The notes below the pieces were generated by a model. That model saw only the letters and a list, made by a program, of their open reading frames with translations. It was not told the DNA's origin and made no database searches. A DNA stretch of 64,000 nucleotides from an uncultured Gammaproteobacteria bacterium. Its GTDB lineage: Bacteria > Patescibacteriota > Microgenomatia > UBA8517. The position numbers were made by a program, and so were the translations under genes. Location: the NCBI GenBank assembly GCA_964541395.1, contig CAZIPM010000001.1, forward strand, positions 3,833 to 67,832, written 5' to 3'. Positions 37,621-48,076 of this stretch are shown piece by piece. Position 1 is the stretch's first letter; each line of letters begins with the position of its first letter.

Positions 37621-37968
37621 CTACCTACGATTGATTTTTATGGATGATTCAATGTGGGGAATATGTTCTATTATTTGATCATCTGCAAAAATTCTAACTA
37701 TTAGAGTTCCACTTCCGTTTTGGGTAACTGACTTAATGGGGGCTAAAAGCGACTCCCCGTCTCCATCTGGAAACTCGAGAAGCGGTGTTTGATTATTAAG
37801 CACAACTTCCTTTACTTGTTGTGCACGAGTTGAGGCTAATGTTTCTATTTCCAACTCTATTCCAAAAGTTCGAGGACCCAACTTGTCAAAACAAATAACT
37901 TCATCAGAATTTACCCTTAATGTTTTTACTCCGGTTTTTCCTGCAAAAAAGAATCTTTTTCCCTCCAT
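37621..37968 (-). CDS. hypothetical protein
   Basis: 115-aa ORF convergent with rdgB. Confidence 0.35.
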   Translation of the reverse strand: MEGKRFFFAGKTGVKTLRVNSDEVICFDKLGPRTFGIELEIETLASTRAQQVKEVVLNNQTPLLEFPDGDGESLLAPIKSVTQNGSGTLIVRIFADDQIIEHIPHIESSIKINRR

Positions 37969-38023
37969 ATAGTAATTATAGGGTATAAATTAGATTAATT
38001 CAAAAAAATGTTACAATTTAAGA

Positions 38024-39487
38024 GTGGAAGAAGATATTATTGCTGTTGAAACTGTCAAACAAAGATCAGTTCGTGGAGTCTTGGTTTTAACAGGTAGAAC
38101 CTTTTTACTTCAGGCTGTATCTTTGATTGCCCAACTTTTCTTATTTGCTTATTTGGGTCAATATGAATTTGGAGTTTTTGCTATTGTTTCTGCAGTTGTT
38201 AGCTTTTTGACCTACTTCTCTGATATAGGACTGGCAGCAGCATTAATACAGAAAAAAGAAACTCCCAGTGAAACAGATCTTCGTACTACTTTTACGATTC
38301 AACAGCTTCTGATTTTTACTCTTGTAGGAATTCTGTTTATATTTTCAAAACCAATTGCAAATCACTTCAATTTGTCAAATGACGGTAGAATTTTAATCTT
38401 CGCATTGGGTACATCCTTGATTCTATCCTCACTTAAAAGTATCCCCTCCGTGTTATTAGAAAGAAAGTTAGACTTTGTGAAACTGGTTTTTCCACAAATA
38501 CTGGAAACAGTTGTCTATAATATTGTTTTGGTAATTCTGGCGATGAAAGGTATGGGACTTGCCAGTTTTAGCTTTGCGGTTGTTTTAAGGGGAATAATCG
38601 GACTGGCTGCAATTTATTACCTTCAACCATGGAAAATTGGCTTTTCATTATCTATTAAAACTTTAAAAGATTTATTTAAATTTGGTATTCCATACCAGAT
38701 AAATTCTCTTTTGGCGACATTCAAAGATGATGGAATAACTTTAGTTTTAGGAAGTATTCTGGGTCCCGGAGGTGTGGGAATATTAACCTTTGCTCAAAAA
38801 GTTGCCAGATATCCCCTGACTTTCTTTATGGACAACGTTACCCGAGTTACATTTCCTGCTTTTTCCAGGTTACAGGATAAACCTCAAGATTTGGAAAGAA
38901 GCGTTACCAGGTCTATATTTTTTATAACACTTTTGGTATTCCCGTCCTTAGCTGGGATAGTACTTTTAATGCCGTGGGTTGTGGAGATAGTACCCAAGTA
39001 TTCGAAGTGGAGTGCTGCACTTTTACCTTTGATGTTTGTCAGTATCAACTTCGCCTTTGCGGCCGCAACTACTCAATTAACCAATCTTTTAAACGCAATC
39101 GGTAAAATTAAAATTACTTTTTACCTAATGATTATGTGGACAATACTTACTTGGGTTTTTATTCCATTTTTAGCACTTCGCTATGGAGTGGACGGAGCAT
39201 CGGTAGGATATAGTTTGGTTGGAGTTTCATCAATAATTGCTATTTATATAGCCAATAAATATGTGAATTTTTCAATTACAGATTCGATAATTAAACCACT
39301 TCTGGCAACAATATTTATGTTTATCGTTCTTTTATTTGCCAGAAATACAATGGAGGTCAATATTCTAAACTTACAACTCTTGGTTATTTTGGGAATTGTT
39401 GTTTATTCCGTTTCAATTATTTCAATGGTGGGAATGAGTCTATTGGAAGATGCTAAAAGAAGCTTTAAAACAATTTTTTCAAAATAA
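38024..39487 (+). CDS. Wzx-like oligosaccharide flippase (MOP superfamily polysaccharide biosynthesis protein)
   Basis: 487 aa and about 12-14 TM helices, with the typical Wzx/RfbX hydrophobic profile. GTG start. Confidence 0.65.
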   Translation: MEEDIIAVETVKQRSVRGVLVLTGRTFLLQAVSLIAQLFLFAYLGQYEFGVFAIVSAVVSFLTYFSDIGLAAALIQKKETPSETDLRTTFTIQQLLIFTLVGILFIFSKPIANHFNLSNDGRILIFALGTSLILSSLKSIPSVLLERKLDFVKLVFPQILETVVYNIVLVILAMKGMGLASFSFAVVLRGIIGLAAIYYLQPWKIGFSLSIKTLKDLFKFGIPYQINSLLATFKDDGITLVLGSILGPGGVGILTFAQKVARYPLTFFMDNVTRVTFPAFSRLQDKPQDLERSVTRSIFFITLLVFPSLAGIVLLMPWVVEIVPKYSKWSAALLPLMFVSINFAFAAATTQLTNLLNAIGKIKITFYLMIMWTILTWVFIPFLALRYGVDGASVGYSLVGVSSIIAIYIANKYVNFSITDSIIKPLLATIFMFIVLLFARNTMEVNILNLQLLVILGIVVYSVSIISMVGMSLLEDAKRSFKTIFSK

Positions 39488-41225
39488 CAGTCAATTTCTT
39501 CAAAAAAATAAACTATTAAGTATCTTGCTTGTTATAATAGCGTTTGCTTCAATTTGCTTTAGATTTTTATGGTTAGACAAATTTCCTGGAGGAATGGATG
39601 CTGACCAGATAGAGGTTGCATTAAGTATTAAAACCTTCCATTTATTTGGTACAGATTCGTCTGGGGTCAAATTTTACAACTCAATATTTAGTAATAATAC
39701 CAAAGCAGGTATAGCAGCTTTACCTTCTATTATTCTTGCGCCATTTGCTTTTTTTAATCTCAACTTAACTAACATCAGAACAATTTTCGTATTGGTAAAT
39801 ATTTTAACTATTATTTTACTTGCTTTGTTAGTTAATGATTTTACAAATGATAAAAGATTATCGTATATTACATTTTTTGTCGGAATATTAAATCCCTGGC
39901 TTTATAGCTATTCCAGGATGCCGACTGAAGCACCGTTTGCACTTCTTATTTTGGTATTTGCAATATATTTACTTTTTAAAAAGAAAAGAAAAAATATTTT
40001 TATCTCACTCCCCTTTTTCATTTTAAGTTTTTATTCGTATTTTGGTTTCAAACCATTACTTTATTTGCTTGTGCCGTGGTTATTGTCACTTCATTACTTA
40101 TTTAATTCAAAAAAAGACTTAAGAAAATATATTATATTCACCTTAATATTTATAGCTTTTAGCAGTATATATTTTATTTTCTCAAGATTATCAGGATCCG
40201 ACACTTTTAGCAGAAGAAGCGCGGAAGAATTAGTACTTCTAAATCCGGAATCTGTATCAGTAAGAGTAGATGAATACAGACGGGCTTCAATTAACTTTCC
40301 GTACAAAGATGTATTAATCAATAAGTATACTTTTACTGCACTTGAATTTGTCAGGAAATATACATCATGGATCTCGTCGGACTTTCTTTTTTGGAAAGGT
40401 GATATGCGGGGAATATATATCTTTGGAGATCATGGTTTATTTTATTTAATCGATTTTGTGTTTATGATTGTAGGAATTTTAGCACTAAATAAGTTTAAGA
40501 AATTAAAAAGTGTACTTTTTAGCTTGTTTATTATTGCGCCAATACCTACAGCCTTAAGCCTTAACGGAGACTCATTCTACTATCGGGGTGTTCTATTTAT
40601 ACCCGTATTTATTATCCTAATATCATTGGGGATAAATTACTCTTATAAAAAGGTAAATAATCAGATCAGATTATATTACTTTCCGTTTTTGTTATTTGTG
40701 TATATGGTTTTCTTTTTAATATTCCTAATGTTTTACTTTTTCAGGTATCCTGTCAAACAGCATGACAATAATTTTTTATCAGGTAGAATAATTTCCAGTT
40801 ATTTAAATAGAAATAGTAATTCAAATAATATTAAAGTTATTACCACTTCCCCATATTCATTAATTAATGAATATATTTTTTATAATAATTTAACAGAGGA
40901 ATCTCTATATCAGTTATCTAAAGAAAAAAATAAGTACATTATGAATAATATTACTATTACCAATGAATGCAAAACTGAATATAATTCTGATGTATTACTT
41001 TATGATACCCGTGTTAATTGCAATCAAAACTTCGGTGAAGAATTTTTGGTTATACAAAACCAAAGTGATTCCGGGGTTAGTTTTAAAATCTTTAACGATT
41101 CTCTATGTAAATCTTTTGTGACAACGAGTTATAGAAGATCCCATTTGATCAGTGACTACAATATAGAAATGATGGATAATGAAATGTTTTGTAATAGATG
41201 GATACAAAATGGCAAAACAAATTAA
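39450..41225 (+). CDS. GT-C family membrane glycosyltransferase (PMT_2-like)
   Basis: ...DKFPGGMDADQIEVALS... N-terminal loop, multi-TM, Asn-rich soluble C-terminal domain. Confidence 0.55.
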   Translation: MLKEALKQFFQNNSQFLQKNKLLSILLVIIAFASICFRFLWLDKFPGGMDADQIEVALSIKTFHLFGTDSSGVKFYNSIFSNNTKAGIAALPSIILAPFAFFNLNLTNIRTIFVLVNILTIILLALLVNDFTNDKRLSYITFFVGILNPWLYSYSRMPTEAPFALLILVFAIYLLFKKKRKNIFISLPFFILSFYSYFGFKPLLYLLVPWLLSLHYLFNSKKDLRKYIIFTLIFIAFSSIYFIFSRLSGSDTFSRRSAEELVLLNPESVSVRVDEYRRASINFPYKDVLINKYTFTALEFVRKYTSWISSDFLFWKGDMRGIYIFGDHGLFYLIDFVFMIVGILALNKFKKLKSVLFSLFIIAPIPTALSLNGDSFYYRGVLFIPVFIILISLGINYSYKKVNNQIRLYYFPFLLFVYMVFFLIFLMFYFFRYPVKQHDNNFLSGRIISSYLNRNSNSNNIKVITTSPYSLINEYIFYNNLTEESLYQLSKEKNKYIMNNITITNECKTEYNSDVLLYDTRVNCNQNFGEEFLVIQNQSDSGVSFKIFNDSLCKSFVTTSYRRSHLISDYNIEMMDNEMFCNRWIQNGKTN

Positions 41226-42075
41226 ACATAAATGTCCGATTTGTACAAGTTCAAAAACTTCTGAGTATTGGGCAATGCATGGATATAGGCTTGTTAAATG
41301 TCTAGAGTGTTCTATGGTATGGGATCCATATCATGCTGAAAACGTTCTAGCACAATATGACAAGAATTACTTTCAAAATGAAAACCCCAAAGGAGGCTAT
41401 TCTAATTATTATGAAGGAATGAGGGTTAACAGGAGAACTTTTTCCGAACGACTTTCAAGGATAGCAAATAAGACAAATGAAAAAACAAAACTTTTAGATG
41501 TTGGCTCGGCATTAGGAGATTGTTTATTGGAGGCCAAAAAAATGGGATGGAAAGAAACAATGGGATTGGAGGTTTCCAAATTTGCCAATGATTTTGCCCG
41601 AAAACGTGGCTTAAATGTAAAAAATACTACTCTTCAAAAGTCAGGAATAAAACCAGATTCGTTTAACGTAATTACCTATCAAGATGTTATCGAACATGTT
41701 GAAGATCCTGTAGAAGAATTGAAACTGGTAAATAAAAAATTAAAATCTAAAGGTTATGTTTATTTGGTTACTCCTGACATCGGTGGATTTTGGCATAGAC
41801 TTCTTAAAGGAATGTGGTATCACTACAAGCCGGGTGAACATATCATGTACTTCTCACAACAATCGTTAAGACTTGCACTTGAAAAGTCTGGTTTCAAAAA
41901 TGTAGAAACCAGAAAAACTTATCATGTTTTAAGTTTGGAATATGTTTTTGACCGACTAAAATATTATTCCCCATTAATTTTTGAAAACCTGTCTAATATG
42001 ATTGCTAAAACTAAAATTAAAGATTATTCCTTTAGGGCATATACAGGAGAAATAGAAGCATGGGGACAAAAGTAA
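41209..42075 (+). CDS. class I SAM-dependent methyltransferase with N-terminal Zn-ribbon
   Basis: CPICTSS...CLECSMVW; LLDVGSALGDCLLEA (motif I); VIEHVEDP (motif II-like). Confidence 0.65.
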   Translation: MAKQIKHKCPICTSSKTSEYWAMHGYRLVKCLECSMVWDPYHAENVLAQYDKNYFQNENPKGGYSNYYEGMRVNRRTFSERLSRIANKTNEKTKLLDVGSALGDCLLEAKKMGWKETMGLEVSKFANDFARKRGLNVKNTTLQKSGIKPDSFNVITYQDVIEHVEDPVEELKLVNKKLKSKGYVYLVTPDIGGFWHRLLKGMWYHYKPGEHIMYFSQQSLRLALEKSGFKNVETRKTYHVLSLEYVFDRLKYYSPLIFENLSNMIAKTKIKDYSFRAYTGEIEAWGQK

Positions 42076-43673
42076 CCTTAATTATTCTTTTTTTATTTGC
42101 ACTCTTATTGCGTACCTGGCAACTCCAAAAATATCCTGATGCAGTTGATGAAGATGAAATGGCAATGGGTTATTATGGATATTCACTAGCTACAAATGGT
42201 ACTGATGAATATGGTAACAAATACCCAATCTATTTTAAATCTGTAGGAGATTATAAATATGGACTTCCTTTCTATTTTGCAACATTACCTGTAAAAATAT
42301 TTGGGTTAAATACTTTTTCAACCAGAGTTACCTCAGCGTTTTTTGGCTCACTTTCTGTAATTGCAATTTACTTTTTAGTGATGGAACTTTTTAAAATGCG
42401 AAAATTGTCTTTAATCTCATCTTTTATGATAGCCATCTCTCCAATGCACATACATTTTTCTAGAATCGCATATACCAACATCTTTGGTTCATTTTGGGCA
42501 ATATTAACAATAATATTTTTTATTAAAATAATAAAAAAGTTCGATTATAAAATTTTCATTTTTGGGATAATATCATTAATATCCTCCATCTATTCATATC
42601 AGGCGTTTAGAGTTATTCTTCCGTTGGTATTTTTAACTCTCCCCCTTTTCTTATTCAAAGAATTTAAAAAGGATTTGAAAAAGAAAATAATATTACCTCT
42701 ACTTGGAACAATAATTGTATTATTATCGTTTATTAACCCTGTATCACGCGCCAGATCAAGTAATAACACGTCATTGATAAATACCCCTGCTTTAGTTGAA
42801 AACTTTTCTGAAGATAACATTGCAGGAACTAAACTTCTGGTAACCAGAATATTTCACAATAAATTGGAAATTGCTGGATTAGACTTTGCAAAAAGATATT
42901 TGTGGTATTTTGATCCAAAGACAATATTTATTGAACAGAGTTCGTCATCAGGAAGACATTTTATTCCCGGTATAGGATTAGTGTATTTAGTTGAGCTACC
43001 CTTTTTTATCTATGGACTTCTGAAAATGAAAAAATCATTTGTGCCGCTTCTTCTTTTGGCGATTGCACCAATTCCGGGAGCAATGGTGGCCGATTCGGTC
43101 AGTTTCACTAGATCTGTATTTTTAATCTACCCCATTTCTATAATTTCAGCTTATGGAATTTACCAATTAACAGAAAAGTTTAAATTAAATATATTATTAC
43201 AAATCTTAATTGTTGGATTGTTTGCTGCCAACTTTTCTTTTTTTGTTCATCAATATATCGTTCATAAAACTTTTCACCACCCCTGGTATTCTGATGTCGG
43301 TTTGGTTGAAATGGTTGAGGGGGTTAAAAAAAAGATTGACAACTATGATAAGGTGGTAATTTCGAAAGGCCACTATATACCCTTTTTGTTTGTTAATAAA
43401 AAACTTGATGAAAAATTGATTTTTAATATGCCTCACGACTGCCCTGCTCTAGGTCAAAAGAAAGTTTTATATGTTTGTTTCGGTTATAAAGTGCCAAAAT
43501 CAGCCAGAGTTTTAGAAGTTTATCGTTTTAAAGACGGATTACCTGCGATCTTTTTGGTTGACTTTAATCAAAAGCAAGAAGGCTCTCTTCCTGATAGACT
43601 TGAATGGGGAGAAGAAATACCTACATATAAATTGGATGAAAAAGATTATTGGCCTACTGATAACCGTAGGTAG
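42060..43673 (+). CDS. GT-C family membrane glycosyltransferase (PMT_2/ArnT-like), subfamily B
   Basis: LRTWQLQKYPDAVDEDEMAMGYYGYSL...GNKYPIYFKSVGDYKYGLPFY. The DE motif and the first periplasmic loop pattern are shared with 54533, 57435(-), 59797, 61855 and 63432. Confidence 0.65.
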   Translation: MGTKVTLIILFLFALLLRTWQLQKYPDAVDEDEMAMGYYGYSLATNGTDEYGNKYPIYFKSVGDYKYGLPFYFATLPVKIFGLNTFSTRVTSAFFGSLSVIAIYFLVMELFKMRKLSLISSFMIAISPMHIHFSRIAYTNIFGSFWAILTIIFFIKIIKKFDYKIFIFGIISLISSIYSYQAFRVILPLVFLTLPLFLFKEFKKDLKKKIILPLLGTIIVLLSFINPVSRARSSNNTSLINTPALVENFSEDNIAGTKLLVTRIFHNKLEIAGLDFAKRYLWYFDPKTIFIEQSSSSGRHFIPGIGLVYLVELPFFIYGLLKMKKSFVPLLLLAIAPIPGAMVADSVSFTRSVFLIYPISIISAYGIYQLTEKFKLNILLQILIVGLFAANFSFFVHQYIVHKTFHHPWYSDVGLVEMVEGVKKKIDNYDKVVISKGHYIPFLFVNKKLDEKLIFNMPHDCPALGQKKVLYVCFGYKVPKSARVLEVYRFKDGLPAIFLVDFNQKQEGSLPDRLEWGEEIPTYKLDEKDYWPTDNRR

Positions 43674-45261
43674 TTTAAGTTGGGTGATAACTATGGTTAA
43701 AAGTGGTTGGTTGTATCCTTTTGGACTTGGGTTTTGGGGAGCAAACGGTCATGACGGTATTTGGCATATCGCCCTAGCCAAAGGATTGGTCAGGGGAAGT
43801 ATGGAAAACCCTGTCTTTTCAGGAGAGGTTTTAAAAAATTATCACTTTGGTTTCGATCTTTTTCTTGCAGCTTTACATAAAATTACGGCTATTCCTATTG
43901 AAAATTTTTACTTTCAGGTCTTACCCCCCGCATTTGCATTATTGATTGGTTTACTGACATATGTTTTGGTTATCAACTGGACCAAATCAAAAAATTCAGC
44001 TTTGTTTTCAGTACTTTTTGTTTATTTTGGTGGATCAGCAGGATGGTTAATAGGTCGGGGAGAGTCTACGTTTTGGGCGGCGCAATCTATTTCCAGTTTA
44101 ATTAATCCACCCTTCGCATTTTCATTAATTTTTATTCTATTGGGATTGATTTGTTTACTACGTAATAAAAAAATAGCCGCAATAATATTTTTTGGCCTGT
44201 TATTACAATTGAAAGCGTATGCAGCGGTACTTATTTTGGTAGGACTATTAGTTACCGGAATCTTTTCATTTATATCACAGAAAAAAACAGATCTCTTAAA
44301 AATATTTTTAGGATCATTGGCTTTAAATATGGTGTTATTTTTGTTATTTAAATCCGACAGCCTTGGATCTATCTTTGTCTGGCAGCCGTTTTGGTTTTTG
44401 GAAACAATGATGGGGTATACGGACAGATTGGGATGGCAGAGGTTTTATTCAGCCATGACCACATATAAGATGGGTAATGTTTACCTCAAGCAAATTTTAG
44501 CATACAACCTGGCTCTTGCGATTTTTGTCATTGGTAATTTTTGGACCAGACTTTTGTTTCTAAAAGATTTATTCAAAAAATTAGATAACTTAAAGATTTT
44601 ACTTCTTTGTGTAATCGCGGCAGGTATTGTTATACCAACTTTCTTTGTGCAAACCGGTACCCCTTGGAATACTATCCAATTTCTATATTATTCACTATTT
44701 TTTTCAGGTATATTAGCTGGAGTATCGTTATCAAATTTTAAAACAAGTTTCATAAAGCCTCTAACAATACTTTTTATTTTATTAACAATTCCCACAACTG
44801 TGATCACTTTAAAAGATGTGTATATACCAGGTAGACCTCCCGCAAAGTTGTCAATTGATGAAAACGAAGCTTTAGAATTCTTAAGCAGACAACCGGATGG
44901 TGTTGTGTTGACTTTTCCTTTTGATAAAAATAAAGCAAAAGAAGCTGAGAATAATCCACCGAGACCTTTGTATCTTTACGAATCAACAGCCTATGTCTCT
45001 GCATTTGGCGGTAAAGCCGTATTTTTGGAAGATGAAGTTAATTTAAATATAATGGGTTATGATTACCTTCAAAGAAGGAACGACATTGAAACTTGGTATA
45101 AAGAGAGTGATCCGGATAAAGCAAAAGATTTTTTAACCAAAAATAAAATAAGTTATGTCTATTGGGTTAAGCCTCAACGTGGTAATTTAAGTGAAGATGA
45201 GTTGGGACTAAATAAGATTTTTGAAAATAAAGAAGCCGTTATATACAAAGTGGTAAAATAA
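43636..45261 (+). CDS. polytopic membrane protein, putative glycosyltransferase/polymerase (GT-C-like)
   Basis: About 14 TM helices and a soluble C-terminal domain. The start is uncertain: the track start at 43558 overlaps the previous gene by 116 nt. Confidence 0.45.
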   Translation: MKKIIGLLITVGSLSWVITMVKSGWLYPFGLGFWGANGHDGIWHIALAKGLVRGSMENPVFSGEVLKNYHFGFDLFLAALHKITAIPIENFYFQVLPPAFALLIGLLTYVLVINWTKSKNSALFSVLFVYFGGSAGWLIGRGESTFWAAQSISSLINPPFAFSLIFILLGLICLLRNKKIAAIIFFGLLLQLKAYAAVLILVGLLVTGIFSFISQKKTDLLKIFLGSLALNMVLFLLFKSDSLGSIFVWQPFWFLETMMGYTDRLGWQRFYSAMTTYKMGNVYLKQILAYNLALAIFVIGNFWTRLLFLKDLFKKLDNLKILLLCVIAAGIVIPTFFVQTGTPWNTIQFLYYSLFFSGILAGVSLSNFKTSFIKPLTILFILLTIPTTVITLKDVYIPGRPPAKLSIDENEALEFLSRQPDGVVLTFPFDKNKAKEAENNPPRPLYLYESTAYVSAFGGKAVFLEDEVNLNIMGYDYLQRRNDIETWYKESDPDKAKDFLTKNKISYVYWVKPQRGNLSEDELGLNKIFENKEAVIYKVVK

Positions 45262-45266
45262 TAATT

Positions 45267-45470
45267 ATGGTGGACAGAAGGAAACGTCAAATACCTGCAA
45301 GTTTTCGTGAAGTGCTAACCACTTTTACTGATGATCAATTTAATCAAATGGAAGATGGTAAATCTGGACAATTAGGATCAGGATTTAGACAAGTTTTAAG
45401 AGATATAGTTCTAGAAGAGCTTGATGTTAAAGATGGCAAGGGAGCAAAGGGGAAAGAACAGAAAACTTAA
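45267..45470 (+). CDS. hypothetical small protein
   Basis: 67-aa ORF. Confidence 0.3.
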   Translation: MVDRRKRQIPASFREVLTTFTDDQFNQMEDGKSGQLGSGFRQVLRDIVLEELDVKDGKGAKGKEQKT

Positions 45471-45519
45471 TAGGGAAATTATTTACTTCTTAACTTAGTT
45501 TCATGATAAAATTCAAGGT

Positions 45520-46428
45520 ATGGCTAAGATATCAGTAGTAATTAATACACTTAATGAAGAAAAAAGATTAACCAAAACTTTAGCCTCAATTAAGGATTTT
45601 GCTAATGAAATTATAGTTGTAGACATGGCCTCAACAGATTCTACAGTAGAAATTGCTCAGAAGGCTGGAGCTAAAGTATTCAAACATAAAAGGATAAACT
45701 ATGTTGAACCTGCCAGAAACTTTGGAATTGAAAAGGCAAAATACGATTGGATACTTATTATTGATGCAGATGAAAGGCTACCCCAGAATTTAAAGGATTA
45801 TCTAAAAAAACAGATTAAAAAAACAGAATACAGTTTTTTTAGAATACCCAGAAAAAATATTATTTTCGGAAAATGGATGCTACACACAGGGTGGTGGCCG
45901 GATTATAATATTCGTTTTTTCAGAAAAGGAACGGTTTCTTGGAGTGAGATAATTCACTCGGTTCCTACCACAACAGGACAGGGATATGACGTACCTGCAG
46001 AAAAAGAGATGGCAATTATCCACAATAGCTATTCGTCAGTTGAAGAATATTTACTTAGAATGAACCGCTATACCACGGTTCAGGCTAAAGAATTAAACAA
46101 AAATGGAATGGACTTCAACTGGAGGCTTTTAATTTCCAAGCCTTTTTCTCAATTTCTAACCAGGTATTTTGCTCAAGAAGGGTTTAAAGACGGGATTCAT
46201 GGTCTTGCCCTGTCACTTCTTCAGGCATTTTCCGAATTAATCCTCTATATTAAATTATGGCAGAAAAATAATTTTTCCAAGAAAAAAGTATCTTTAGAAT
46301 CGATCAACCAAGAAATAAATGAAGCAGGCACACAAATTATGTGGTGGTTATACCAAACAAAAATGACTCAGGAAAAAAATATGTTTAAAAAAATATGGCT
46401 AAAACTAACCAGAAAAATAACAGGTTAA
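45520..46428 (+). CDS. GT2 glycosyltransferase
   Basis: ISVVINTLNEEKRL...IVVDMASTDSTVEI...IIDADERL. Confidence 0.7.
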   Translation: MAKISVVINTLNEEKRLTKTLASIKDFANEIIVVDMASTDSTVEIAQKAGAKVFKHKRINYVEPARNFGIEKAKYDWILIIDADERLPQNLKDYLKKQIKKTEYSFFRIPRKNIIFGKWMLHTGWWPDYNIRFFRKGTVSWSEIIHSVPTTTGQGYDVPAEKEMAIIHNSYSSVEEYLLRMNRYTTVQAKELNKNGMDFNWRLLISKPFSQFLTRYFAQEGFKDGIHGLALSLLQAFSELILYIKLWQKNNFSKKKVSLESINQEINEAGTQIMWWLYQTKMTQEKNMFKKIWLKLTRKITG

Positions 46429-46436
46429 AAATAAAT

Positions 46437-47375
46437 ATGAAATCAAAAAAAATAAAAGTTTCAATAATCATACTTACCACCAATGCACGGGATATGACCA
46501 AAGAGCAGCTTCTTAATGTAGCAAAATTGAAAACAGGGAATCTTTTTATTGAATGCTTGGTTGTAGACAATGGATCCAAAGACGGAACAGAGGAAGCATT
46601 AAAAAATTACAAACTTCCCAATATGGAATATAAATTCATCCAAAGTGGGGCAAATTTAGGTTTTGCAGGCGGAAACAATGTAGGTATTCAAGATGCTATA
46701 AAAAGGAATTTCGATTATATCATTCTTATGAATAACGATCTTATATTGCCTTCCGATATTGTAATTAAACTTGTTGCTTTCATGGAAAAACAAAAAAATG
46801 TTGGAGTTGCCTCACCAAAAATGTATTTTGCAAAAGGATTTGAATTTCATAAAGACAGATATAAAGAGAAAGAATTGGGAAATGTATTTTGGTATGCAGG
46901 TGGGATTATTGACAGAGATAATGTCTATACAGTACATCGGGGTGTGGACGAAGTAGATAAGGGTCAATATAATAAGATTGAAGAAACTAATGTTGCCAAC
47001 GGAGCCTGTGTTATTATTAGGCGAGAAGTTTTTGAAAAGATAGGCCTGCTTGATCATACCTTTTTTCTCTACTGGGAGGATGCAGATTTCAGTGAAAGAG
47101 CAAAAAGAGCAGGTTATAAAGTAATGTATTATCCGGAAACTTGTATGTGGCACAAAGTTTCAGCGTCTACAGGTGGCTCAGGTAGTCCCACAAATGACTA
47201 TTTCTTGACAAGAAACAGATTTTATTATTCCATGAGATATTCTTCACTTCGTACCAAATTTGCAGTAATAAGAGACACGATCAAATTGATATTTATTGGG
47301 AGAACTTGGCAAAAGTGGGGTGCAATTGATGCACTTTTGGGTAGAGTAGGAATGGGACAATGGGCAAAAAGATAA
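46437..47375 (+). CDS. GT2 glycosyltransferase (WbbL/rhamnosyltransferase-like)
   Basis: VSIIILTTNARD...VVDNGSKDGTEEA...MNNDLIL...YWEDADFS. ATG at 46437; the track start at 46395 overlaps the previous gene. Confidence 0.7.
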   Translation: MKSKKIKVSIIILTTNARDMTKEQLLNVAKLKTGNLFIECLVVDNGSKDGTEEALKNYKLPNMEYKFIQSGANLGFAGGNNVGIQDAIKRNFDYIILMNNDLILPSDIVIKLVAFMEKQKNVGVASPKMYFAKGFEFHKDRYKEKELGNVFWYAGGIIDRDNVYTVHRGVDEVDKGQYNKIEETNVANGACVIIRREVFEKIGLLDHTFFLYWEDADFSERAKRAGYKVMYYPETCMWHKVSASTGGSGSPTNDYFLTRNRFYYSMRYSSLRTKFAVIRDTIKLIFIGRTWQKWGAIDALLGRVGMGQWAKR

Positions 47376-48076
47376 AAATATCGGTTATTATTCTTTCGGG
47401 TGGGGATATAATTCAAAAAAATTATAAAAAATGTCTAACCTCTGTTGGTACATTTGATGAAATTATTAAGATAGACACTTCCAAACTAAAGGGCAGTTTT
47501 TCTGAATGGAGAAATGAGGGCGATCGTAAATCAACGGGAGATTGGATATTTTATGTTGATTTGGATGAGGAAGTTACAAATGAAGTTAAGGAAGAAATCA
47601 AAACTGTTGTTGAAGATAATAATCAAAAAAATGCTGCCTTCGCAATTCCCAGAAGGAATTTTATTTTTGGAAAAGAATTTAAACATGGAGGACAATGGCC
47701 GGATTACCAAGTAAGATTGTTTAAAAAAGAAGCATTTATTAAGTGGGAAGGTAATCTTCATGAGCAACCAAAATATAAAGATGAATTGGGTTATTTAAAA
47801 AACCCTTTAATTCATCACAAGGATATTACAGTCGGACAGATGATAGATAAAACAAATATTTGGTCAGAAATAGAAGCAGACCTTTTGTTTCAAAGTAATC
47901 ATCCCAAGATGAACGGTTTTCGTTTCGCTTCAGTGGCTATACGTGAATTTTGGCTTAGATTTGTTAAACAGCTTTCATTTTTGGACGGAAGGGAAGGAAT
48001 AATTTACGGTATCTACCAAATTTACAGCAAACTAATAACTTATTCTAAATTGTGGGAAAGGCAATTGAAAGCATAA
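47360..48076 (+). CDS. GT2-like glycosyltransferase, paralog of 45520
   Basis: FAIPRRNFIFGKEFKHGGQWPDYQVRLFKK aligns with FRIPRKNIIFGKWMLHTGWWPDYNIRFFRK of 45520..46428. Confidence 0.5.
   Translation: MGKKIKISVIILSGGDIIQKNYKKCLTSVGTFDEIIKIDTSKLKGSFSEWRNEGDRKSTGDWIFYVDLDEEVTNEVKEEIKTVVEDNNQKNAAFAIPRRNFIFGKEFKHGGQWPDYQVRLFKKEAFIKWEGNLHEQPKYKDELGYLKNPLIHHKDITVGQMIDKTNIWSEIEADLLFQSNHPKMNGFRFASVAIREFWLRFVKQLSFLDGREGIIYGIYQIYSKLITYSKLWERQLKA

Noticed and set aside
43206-43436. Small minus-strand ORFs inside GT-C genes (for example 42599..42820, 43206..43436, 40094..40321, 46812..47153, 49337..49884)
   Set aside because: They are antisense to large membrane-protein ORFs with consistent hydropathy periodicity. 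The AT-rich sequence yields frequent spurious Lys/Asn/Phe-rich frames.
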